DNA of 44,711 nt, filler included, from Jimgerdemannia flammicorona (lineage: Eukaryota): NCBI GenBank assembly GCA_003990765.1. It is 2 parts of 2 records of this genome, joined end to end, with 100 filler letters (N's around TTAATTAATTAA, not from the genome) between each part and the next. Parts side by side here need not be neighbours in the genome. Positions count along the whole stretch, not along the records: positions 22,410 to 44,711 come from RBNJ01001307.1; 1 more part is not named here. One strand, written 5' to 3'. Every line of letters starts with the position of its first letter. Positions within the stretch are counted from its first letter, which is position 1. The notes under the pieces were generated by a model. It did no database searches, was not told where the DNA came from, and saw nothing but the letters and a program-made list of their open reading frames with translations. The position numbers and the translations under genes are program-made. Positions 34,300-44,711 of this stretch are shown here, piece by piece.

Positions 34300-37200
34300 C
34301 CACTACCCAATCCCCATGTGGGAGCCACTCCCCACCCCAACCCAAGCAAAGACCACCTTCTCCCCCACCACTCATACCCTTCCCCCACTCTGCCTACAAA
34401 TTTTCTCCACCAAATGATGCCTCCGACCCCACTGCATCCCCCAACTGAGCTACCAGCCTGTCAAGGTGTCCTCCATAAGGCTATGCCACCACTGCAGCCA
34501 GACCTCCAAGCCCAGTCTCCTCCCATCTTCAAAAACAAATAATCAGTGGCTAGCCAACCCTACCCAAATGGCCAGAGCCCAGCCTAGTGTGAGCCATTCC
34601 TTTTACACCTCCCCCTACCAGTCTATCTCTCAAATCCTTCCACTGCCCCTGCATGCCTGTTCCCCTGCCCCTTACCCCCAAATGATTCCCAACAGTCTGC
34701 CAAAAGTCACTAAGTACCTCACACTCCCCTAGCCAATGTTCGGGCATCTGTACATATATAACCCCCTTCCTGTCTGACATTATAGCACTCCTCACAGTCA
34801 AAGCAACCCCCCTCAACAAGGTGACCCAAGCGGTAATTGAGCATAACATTCCTCCTCAGCATATACCACCAAGTCACCCAGTACTTTGGCGGCATCCATC
34901 TTCTCACCTCAGCACCCCATGCCCAAATACTATGCCAGTCCCACTCCTCACCAATTCCTACACCTTGCCAATCACTGGGCCACAGATCCTGGCCTGGTCC
35001 TCTCTGGCAGTCTATTCCATCACTAATGTTGAACTCAAGTAATGGGATGCCACCCAGCAGCACCTAGTCCCATCTCTACATCGCTAGGTCCCAATCCTTC
35101 TCTCCTTCATTCCTGCTAATGGATCCTGATGTGGTGCACCCCCTCTGCTATCCCCCACCAGAAGCCTTTATATCGTAATTGATTAGTGTTCTGAAGCCCA
35201 ACCAAAGATAAGATATCACTAGTTGAGCCTCTTGGTGAGGATCACCTCTCCCAAACCTTCTGCAATAGGGGAACCCAACCACCCCCTCTCAATTCCACAG
35301 CCCTCTTCAACCACCAAACCCTCAAGCAGTGTAGCCTTTTCAGATAGTCAACCAGTCCCAGTCCACAACTCACCACTGGTAAGGACAAGACCTCCCAGCT
35401 TGTCTGACTCCTACTTCCAGCCCAGATCCATCCCTTGGCAAGCTTCATCAGCCTCTTCACCACCCAGGATGGGAAATCTAGATGATACACCAGATACCAT
35501 AACTTCAGCAGTCAGTAGATGTTCAAAATTGTAACACACCCTGCCAGGGACAATTGACAGTCCCCCCAACTCTGCAGGGCCTCCCCCCAGATTCCAACCC
35601 ACTGCTCCCACCAAAGCCTGGGTAGTACTGACCCATACACTGATAGATAGATACCCAAGTACCACACTGCCCCACCAGCAGGGACGATTGTTCCAATAAC
35701 CTCTCTGCCCACCAGACTATTGCCTAACACCATTGTTTTGCACTTATACCAATTAAGTCTCACCCCAGAGTTCACCTCATACCACTCCACTGTCTCTTTA
35801 AGCTCCTCGACATCAGCAATTGATCCCAGTCCGACCACCATGTTATCTGCAAAGGCCCCTACCTTCCACCCAATGCCAAAGATGAAGAGCCCCACTATCT
35901 TCTACCTGATTCTATCCAGTAGTGGTTCCAGGGAAAGGACATACAAAATGGGGGACAATGGGTCCCCCTGGGGCACCCCCCTACCCAGGGGAAAGGCCAC
36001 CCCTCAATGTCCATTACATATGAGTGCCACCCTACTCCTTTCCAGTAGACTGACTATTGCTGACTAGAACTGGTGCGGAACCCCAGCCCTATCCAAACTT
36101 TCACCAGTCAGACTCGCCTCACCCAGTCATATGCCTTCTCCTGGTCCAAGAAGACCAGGCACCCATCCAATCCACAAGCTCATGCCCCTTCAATAACTCC
36201 ATGTACCCAGGTCATGCCATCCCTAATGCTACAAGCCCCTCAGCTCAATGCCCAAGATTTGCTGTGCCATCTTTTGTAGCCTCACAACCACTACCTTAGT
36301 AACCAACTTTCTGTCCATATCCAAGAGCATAATCGGTCTCCAGTTCTTCCAGTCCTCTTGCCTTCCTTTGTTCTTGTAGAGCAATGTCACCAACTCCAGA
36401 TCTTGTTCCCCCACCCATCTCCCTGTCTGTAGAATAAGATCACACAATGCCATCATCTCACCCAGTACTCCTAGGATCCTGACCATCTTCTTCCAGAAAT
36501 CCCAGGGCAGACCATCTTCCCCAGGTGCCGTAACTGGTGTTGTCGCGGTGAGAACCTGGTGGATCTCCTCCTCTCAGACTGGTGATACCAAGTCACTCAT
36601 CCCATCTACTTGTGGGGGTTGCAAATCTTTTAATGCATGGCCAATCACATCAGCATCTACCCCACCCTTCTCCTCACTCCACAATCCACTCCAGTGCTCC
36701 TTTGAAGATCCAAGAATATCTTGAATACCATGGACCAGGACACCATCAGAGTCGAGCACCCCCTCCCACCATTGTTGCACCCTCCTTGCCCAAAGGGCAT
36801 GAGAAACTTAGAGGGCCTCTCCCCTTCTTCCAAACCCTGCCAACGTAGCCTAGCTGCCAAGCCCTGCACCCTTGCTTCTTCCTCCTCCCACAGCACCTGT
36901 TGTAGTTCACCAACCTCCTTTTTCACCCTTATGGACCTTCAATTCTCCTCCCCCTCCAATGTCACCAGTCTCACCCAATCTCCCAAGAGCCTAGACAGTC
37001 TACTAGAAGCCCACCTCACCTTTCGCCTCCTCCATTTCCCAGCCTTCTTGCCAGTCTCACTCCAGTATGCCTTGGCCATCTCCTTCATCCTCATCTACCG
37101 AACACCAACTGGGGCACCTTCCTGCCTCCAATACTCTACCTGTAGCTCAATGTCTGCAGCCAATCCATCACACCAGATCCTATCATCTAACAAGGAGGAA

Positions 37201-37946
37201 TTGAGGCACCAATGTCCAGGCCCATCCCCACTTCCCCCAAACTGACCCTGTCTGAAAATCCCCCAATGATCTAACCAAGGGCACCATTCTACATCCAATG
37301 ACCTCCAAACATCCAAACCCCAGCAGCTGGCTGTCAGAATCCAATTAATTCTCATCCCCAAGCCTCCTGCCCAATGCATATATATCCTCCTATCCCCCCA
37401 GCACTTCCTACCCACATCCACCAGAGCACTCAGCCTTTCTACTTCCTCCCATGCCACCAGCCCTCTACTCTGACCCTCAACTCCTTGTCCTCCATCTGTT
37501 CTGTCTAACAGTACCTCTTAAACCATATTAAAGTCTCCACCTAGTACATCCATCCTGGCCTCTGCAAGTGTCCCACTTTCTTGAAGACCCTTCACCTAGT
37601 CCACATACTCACCCCATACAGCAGGGCAGTAACAAGATCCCACTGTAATTGGCTCCCATCCAGTATGTATCTACTCGCCCCAGATCAGTCTATTCCCCCA
37701 GCTCTGCATATCCCTTATCTCCCCTCTACCTTTCCATACCAGAATCCCAACCTTGCTCTTCCAAACTGCCTCACCTCCCCATTCCTTTGTCTATTCCAGT
37801 TTATCCAAATCATCTTCGCACCTGACATCCTGCAGGAGAAAGAGATCAGCCTCCAATCTCTTCAGTAAAGTAAAAATGTTCCTTCATCGAGAAGCACCCT
37901 ATAACTTATTTACGTTCAGTGAAAAAATGTTGGTTATACTATTTAT
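34300..37946 (-). pseudogene. LINE ORF2, disrupted; end approximate
   Basis: NIFSLNVN, DLFLLQDV, GPGHWCLNSSLL, NWRPIMLLDMD, FADN, CEEC...HWLGEC. Confidence 0.9.
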
Positions 37947-37978
37947 ATTGAAGTATAGTGTTTTTATCCAGTCCATCC

Positions 37979-39992
37979 CTACTGCTCCAAGTTCATCTCT
38001 TCCTACACCAAGTCCAGATTATGTTCTGCAGTCACTGCCTCCTCTTCAGCTCTCTGAGCCTCCAATCCAGCCAACAGCTCATTCATCTCTCCATCTGTAT
38101 TCTCCTCAGTATTTCAGGCAGGCCTCCTGCCAGAGCTACAACCCATATCACTTGGCCCAACAGTACTTGGCCCTCTCACCAGCAACCCCTGCTAGTTTGG
38201 CCTCTCACTCCTTATCCGCCTCATACCCTTCCTCCTCCAGATATACTGCAAGGATCTCTGCCTTCAATGCCAACTCCACACCATCTCTCTGCAATATCCA
38301 TGCCCAATGATCATCACTCATTACCCTCAAGTCCACCTCTCTGAGCTCTTCAGCTGCCAGGTTATTCATCATCCTACACATCCAAAGTAGATTTCCCACC
38401 TCCTTCCCTCCCAGGGTCACTGGTCTTCCACCATCCAACATTGTGGTATCAGCTCCAGCACTTGCAGCCTCATCCCACACCTCTGGGACATCCACCAATT
38501 CCTCCTCTCCAACCACTACCACCTGTCCCCCATTTGCCACCTCAGGCATGCCAAATTGCACTTGCTGGGCCCCCTTCATTGGCACATCCTCTTCTGCCCT
38601 ACTCTGGTAAGCTGGTCCTCATCTGATGAGAGGAGTAGAGGTAGGCGATCCCTCCCAGTCCTCCTCCCAGACCTCAAACATACCATTAGCATACAGGTCA
38701 CCACCAGCTGCTTTCCTGTCCTCCTCTGTTCCTTTCCCTGTAGTCCCACCCTTCTTGCCAGCCCAGACACTCACCTCAGCCCCCCCTGGTACTACCATTC
38801 CATCTGCCTCCTTTAGCTATTGACTCTCCATCTTAGCCAGTAACTCCTTCTAACGTTTACAGTCCTGAGCTTTTTCCCATTGCCCCTTGTCTACTCTGAT
38901 CCTCTTCCTATTCATCACCTCCAAGTGTGTCAACTCTTCAAAAGACCTCCAAGCCTTTGCCCACCACTCCACTGCTCCACTCAGCTCTTCCAGTGCCTCC
39001 AGCAAGTTCTCTTCCTCCTCCTCGCTCCCCTTCACCCTTGTCACCTTGCATAAGATTGCCCCCCAGACCATCACTGAAGGCCAGTCTCTTGTCTTCCCTG
39101 TAGCTTCTTTCTCTGCCAGCCAAATCTGTATATCCACATTCTCAGTCCTGAGTGAGGTCTCTTCCCAGACCCTGAACCCGATATCCACTACCTCACCATA
39201 CTCTGCAATGATCTCCTCGACTCTCCTTCTCATCTCCAATGCTGTCACCATGGGCACTCCTTTCACCAGCAGTTGGACCACCCTGGGGTCCCATTTCAGA
39301 CAGTGTGTCATTGGGACACACACCTCCCCAATAATCAATCCAACCTTCAGCACTTCCTCCAGGGGCTCAGCCTCTTCAAAACCCACCTCCACTCCCTCCA
39401 ATCCCTTCAGGAACTTCATGGATACTGCTCCAGCCACCTGCTTAGTAATAAGCCCCAGCACCATTTTTGCCATCACCGCCAGTCCCTGGAAGCACAACAT
39501 CACTGCAAATACCGAGATTGATTTCTTGAGTAATGGTGCCACTGCCAGGCCCATCACACCATCTGCCAAATCTCCCTGCCTTCTAAGCCTCAATTGCTCA
39601 GCTGTACCATCAGTCATCACATCTGGATTTTTTTCCAGATTGGCAGTTCTGTCACCATCAGCCATCCACCCCCCCTAGCCACTACTCCCCCAGCTCCACT
39701 GCCCTCACCCCCAAGCACTACTCCTCCACGAACTGTCATTGTCTCCATCTCCTTGCCTTTCCTCAGCCAACCCTCCAGCCCTGTCATCTGCTGCCTCCCC
39801 TTCACCATCTCTGTGAAGCTCACCCTCCCAGACCCCTGTCCTCCACTGCCGCCTCCACCTCCTCCTCATCCTCCTGCCAACAGCCCTCTCATACCCCCCC
39901 CCCAGGCCAGGACCTCTCCCCACCTACTACCAGTCGAACACACTAGGGCCACCCTGCCCAGTATGCACTCTAGAATACTTGTTGTTTGCCAT
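37979..39992 (-). pseudogene. LINE ORF1, disrupted
   Basis: Track ORFs 38850-39665 and 38205-38585, homologous to the other copies. Confidence 0.88.
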
Positions 39993-40074
39993 TTCCTTAT
40001 TACCTTTCTCCAATAAATGACTTGAGAGAGTGTTGTAAAGTATGTGTAATGTAAATATTAGCTGAGAAAGGTGA

Positions 40075-40099
40075 ATATATATATATATATATATATATA
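40075..40099. repeat. (AT)n microsatellite at the LINE copy 4 5' junction
   Basis: Direct observation. Confidence 0.95.
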
Positions 40100-41133
40100 A
40101 TAAAACTAGTTATAGAAAATTTGATCTCTTATTTCTTTTGAAAAAAGTATATCTCTGAGAGATAGTATACTCTCAGAAGATAGTATACTCTTAGAGAATA
40201 GTATGTCTAAATATAATATATCTAATTATTTATATAAATTAATAGTATATATATAGGTAAATATAAGTAACTATATTAGAATTTTATATATATTATTTAG
40301 CTTTACTATAATATTTTTTCATTATATCAGTCTTTACTAAAAGATAGTATATCTCAGACTATCCTTTAGTTATTATTTTATATTTAAGATATCTTCTGTA
40401 TCTATACTATATTATTATTATTATATAAATATATATATTAGAGTTACTTTATTTTAGAAGTTCTTCTTTTACTAAAAATAGAACTTAAATATAGCTGATG
40501 ATATTTTAGTAAATAGATGGGTTTATCTTTTATATACATATTACTTAGATAAAACTAGATCTATATCAGTATTATAATATTTTAATTTATAAATTATATT
40601 GAGTATATCTATAGTAATAGTATTCTTTTATAACAAACTAATATTATTTCCAATTTATATCTGTTTTTGAACTAAGAGAACTTATAGCTATTCTTTAGTA
40701 GTATAGTATATAAGTCTATAATTAATAAATCTATAGTAACTATTATGCTAAGATGAGATTCTTCTAATATATTTAAATTTATTGGAGACAGTTTCTATTG
40801 ATTTTATAAAACTGAGATAGGGAAATAAGTAGAGCCTAAAAGGAGCTAGGAATAAGGATCTGAAAGTACTGGTCAATTTTGTATTTTATTTTATTTTTTT
40901 CTAAACACTAGACCTCTTTATTAACTAATCTATAATAAATATATAGTTCTTATACTATACTGGTAGCTCCAACTCAATCCTAATATACTCCACTCCAATG
41001 TACTCTCTCTCTTATCTCTACTCTCTTAAAAACTACTAGACTATTAACCATCTCAACCTATTTACTACTCTTTTCATAAATCTCTTCTATCAGATATTTA
41101 TAATAATTTCCTTGAGTAGTGCTCTGATTGAGT

Positions 41134-41300
41134 TAGGGAAATTTGAATCTAATTCAAATTTGCCAACCATGAGACTGATTTGAGCCAGTTTAAATTTATT
41201 AAATGATGAATTCAAATTGATTCAAATTTATTATGTAATGAATTCAAATCAGTTCAAATTTGAATTTATTATATAATGAGTTCAGGCAATTTGAGCTAGA
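41134..41300. repeat. Cluster of TTCAAA/TTTGAA motifs after TAGGG, possible DNA-transposon end
   Basis: Many AATTCAAATT/AATTTGAA motifs in both orientations. Confidence 0.4.
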
Positions 41301-41935
41301 ATTCCAGTAAATTCTTTAGATAATAAACTAAACTAAACTGATAGTCAACTAGTGCAAATTAACAGACCCACAAAAAGAGCAATTCTTTAGTTGAAAAAAA
41401 ACCTGAAGAAAGGATATTATATCTACCAAACTTCTAACAAATATTCAAAAACTAGGACATAATATGAAAATCAGCTACCAAATATACAAAATATCTACAG
41501 ATTTTTTTACTCTCCTAAGTTGCAAAAAAATTTGTTGTAGTAGTGCACAGCTTCCAAAGTTTGGTGACAAACACTTAGAGATAAACTATTTAAAACTTCC
41601 TCATCTCTAATAACTATTGATCCATGTGGTTGATTTGAGTGAAACACTATCATAATATTAGACTCTAGTAGAACTCCAATACTATAAGCCAAATTATAGA
41701 ACAAGCCCCTAGATTATGAGGTATACTGTCCTATACATTTGATGATGCAGAGTAAAACAGGTGTCAGTGTGAGTAGGAGAGCTTACATATTAGTCAAAAA
41801 ATATATTGCTGACTTTCACTATGTTTTGCTCAAACTGAAATTCTCCAAGTCTAAAATGTATTCTAGATTGACCCAGATTCATCTGACCTTCATCTATTCT
41901 AGATAATTTCAAAACTGATAAGAACACTGAAGTTA

Positions 41936-42085
41936 GGAATACTGAGGATACCAGGGATACTGGGGATGCAGGAGATGCCAAGAATGCTGAGAATGCTGAG
42001 GATGCTGGAAATACCAAGAATGCTGAGGATATCAGGGATACTAAGGATGCTAAGGATGCTGAGGATGCCAAGAATACTGGGATAC
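41936..42085. repeat. 9-bp minisatellite (GGATGCTGA-like), about 16 copies
   Basis: Direct observation. Confidence 0.85.
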
Positions 42086-42099
42086 TTCCTGAAATTTCC

Positions 42100-43260
42100 T
42101 TAGAAGATAAATAGTAAAGAGTGTTGAATCAGTCAAAAATTGGGTGAAGTAGGGGAATTTGTCATTATATCTGACAGAAAGTGTTGAAAAGAAGTAAAGC
42201 CATCTCTATAATAGCTATTTCATATTCCTCCCATTTATCTTGTCTAATTTTTGGTTTAAAATTGTTGAGAGATATGATACTATAATACATCCCTCCAGCA
42301 TAGGTTAAAGTGTAGCTAGCTGATATTTAAGATCTAGTTCTAGCATGAACTTTGCCATACAATCCAGCTTTCTGAACTTTGAATGTCTCCTCACAAACAT
42401 CTATCAAAACCTGACTTGTTTGATCTCCCAACATCTCTCTCCAAATGATGACAACAACTTCTTCCATATTAGCATCCAAGAGAATATAATTGCAGTGCAA
42501 ATTTAGAATACCAGCTGATAAGGTGGAGGAGTCCAAAAATGTCACAGTTCAAAAATAATTTTGGTACCCTTTTTCCAAAGACTTGACAGAATATTGCCAT
42601 CCTACTTCTTCCAAATTTTGCATATAAAGCATTGTTGTCTGACCTTCCAGAAGATCAAGCCTTGGAATTCTCAGTATTTTGAAATCTTGCAGACTTGGGA
42701 TATGAAACTATGTCTGGACAAATTTGGCCTTGAGATTTTACTAATTTACTCAATATTGATATTGTTGATTCAAAATATCTGCCAATAGCATTTTATGTCA
42801 ATTCTTCATTGTGTAAAAATTAAAATAAAAAGCAAAATAACCTTATAAATAATTTGGATAGGCACACCCCCACACTCCCTCCCCCCCCTCTAAAAAAAAA
42901 AAAAAAAACAAAAATGCCCCAGGAACTTACTTGAATAGTAGAAAGATGCTGAAAAATTCGATTATATATTTTCTGACCCATCAGAGAAGGGCTCTCAGGA
43001 AAATGAAAATGCCACAGCTCAGACAATCCCCCATGGTAGGGGCTTCTAAATGTATCCTGAAGCACATCAATTTCTTATTCCATATTGATCACATAAGCTA
43101 GCAAACCCAAAAACATTTCCAAAATATCATGTTCCAAGGGTTTTCCAAAATCCAATCTGGGACCAACTCCACCAGATGGAAGGGTTGAGGGAATCACTAG
43201 AGCAGCCTCCAACTCCTGCCTTGAAGCAGTAAAATTATCTTCCATTTCACAATAATGCAC
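42100..43260 (-). pseudogene. Possible decayed intron-containing gene of unknown function
   Basis: In-frame ORFs 43075-43260 and 42820-43065, GTAAGT donor-like site near 42931, CAG acceptor-like site near 42780, then a protein-like frame with C-to-T-type stops. Confidence 0.3.
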
Positions 43261-43355
43261 TAGAAGAACCTAGCAGTGTGAAGAGGAGGATTGTCAGAAT
43301 GGAGAAAAAAAACACAACAGACAAGGGATATCAAGAGATATAGGAGGATGCTAGA

Positions 43356-43790
43356 GACTGGCTATAAGAGGTACTCCTCTGAAGAGAGAGGACATCATTG
43401 ACACAGATCAGGAGTCACTCTCCCAAATGACCTCTGGTCATTCTTGTGACATCTCTACCATAGTGAGATAGGTGAGCCTGGCTGCCAGAAGTCTTCCTCC
43501 CCAGTATGAATACTGGAGGCCAACTGAAAGAGGTTCTCTACCAAAGCAAGAGTATATAGCCAGTATAAATTGAGAGACAACCCCCTGATTGGCCTCATCA
43601 GGATGCTAAAGACCAGCCATGAGAGGTCCTCCTTCAGAGAGAGAGTACATCATCAGTATAAATTGAGAAACACTCTCCCAAATAGCCTTCCAGATGAAAT
43701 ATCAAAGACAGGCTACAAGAGGTCCTTCTCAAAAATGAGAGAGTACATTTTTGGTATAGATCAGGAGACACCCCCACAACCAGTCTTCAC
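43356..43790. repeat. About 4 degenerate units of roughly 95 bp
   Basis: GAGGTCCTCC...GAGAGAGTACATC...GTATAAATTGAGA.ACAC.C.CCC recurring near 43356, 43520, 43611 and 43707. Confidence 0.65.
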
Positions 43791-44085
43791 ATTGTCAGTA
43801 CATCATTATAGCAAACATCAGCTTGGCAAACATCAGCTTGGCAAACATCATTACAGAGAATAAATGTAATATACCAAAAGCAATATACCAAAAGCAGATA
43901 CTAAAAGCAGCAAGGCAAGGTGAGGCAAGGTGAGGCAGATTGGAGAATACACATAAAGCACCTTAGATAGAGAGTGCAGATGGCCTTTTCAAGTGGCAAG
44001 ACATGTCATATTGGGTAGTCAGAATAGAGTATAGATGGCCTTTTCAAACAGTGAGGCATGTGAAAGATGAGCTGTAAGAAATAGA

Positions 44086-44492
44086 GAAGTGAAGTGGAGT
44101 AAGTGAGGGAAGTGAAGTGGAGTGAGTGAGGGAAGTGAAGTGGAGTGAGTGATGGAATGAAAGTGGAGCAAGTAAGGGAATGAAAGTGGAATGAGTGAGG
44201 GAATGAAAGCAGAGTGAGTGAGGGAATAAAAGCAGAGCAAGTGAGGGAATGAAAGCAGAGCAAGTGAGGGAATGAAAGTAGAGCAAGTAAGGAAATAAAA
44301 GCAGTATGAGTGAGGGGAATGAAAGTAGAGCAAGTGAGGGAAATGAAAGTAGAGCAAGTGAGGGAATGAAAGTGGAGCAAGTGAGAAAATGAAAGTAGAG
44401 TGAGTGAGGGAATAAAAGCAGAGTGAGTGATGGAATGAAAGCATTGTGAGTGAGGGAATAAAGCAGAGCAAGTGAGGGAATAAAGTAGACCA
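44086..44492. repeat. 23-bp purine-rich minisatellite, about 17 copies
   Basis: Unit GAGCAAGTGAGGGAATGAAAG(C/T)A. Confidence 0.92.
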
Positions 44493-44711
44493 AGCAAAAG
44501 CCCCCCTCCCTTCCAAAAAAAAAAAAAAAAAAAAAAAAAGCATGGAGAATATATATAACATACCTTGAGTAAGAAGTGTGGACAGTCTTCTCAAGTAGCA
44601 AGGTGAGGCATATAGAAGACAAATCTATGAGAAATAGAGAGCAAGAGAATGAAGTATAGAGAGTAAAGGCCCCTCACTTAAAAAAAAAAAGTACAGAGAA
44701 TATATTTTTTT

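Larger units (their letters stand above)
34232..40074 (-). mobile_element. LINE copy 4, full length, decayed
   Basis: T-run 34232-34240; ORF1 about 39992-37979; ORF2 from about 37946 with the same EN/RT motifs (FADN). Confidence 0.95.

Noticed and set aside
40100..41130. Very AT-rich stretch with a short 17-bp triplication near 40147-40205
   Set aside because: Probably a terminally decayed repeat; no assignable motif.
44006..44622. Three overlapping 160-190 aa minus-strand ORFs
   Set aside because: Translations of the 23-bp minisatellite.

Overview
Eukaryotic, probably fungal, transposon graveyard with no intact host gene. It holds nested, C-to-T-decayed retroelements: two Ty3/gypsy chromovirus families (A at 1-8112 plus an older inverted remnant at 13841-15697; B at 17466-22309, two nested copies), both carrying a dUTPase between the Gag zinc knuckle and the protease; four copies of a G-rich L1/Tx1-clade LINE; an internally deleted Ty1/copia element with a half-tRNA-iMet PBS; an LTR-like unit at 32962-34200; several minisatellite arrays; and a 100-nt assembly gap. 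The main observation is that the long family-A LTR contains a single-frame ORF of about 365-410 codons, broken only by TGA stops. The LTR-like unit at 32962-34200, which shows no obvious nucleotide similarity to it, contains an ORF whose repaired translation aligns with it by eye. This points to a family of LTR(U3)-encoded accessory proteins. All alignments were made by eye and the host species cannot be determined from the window.
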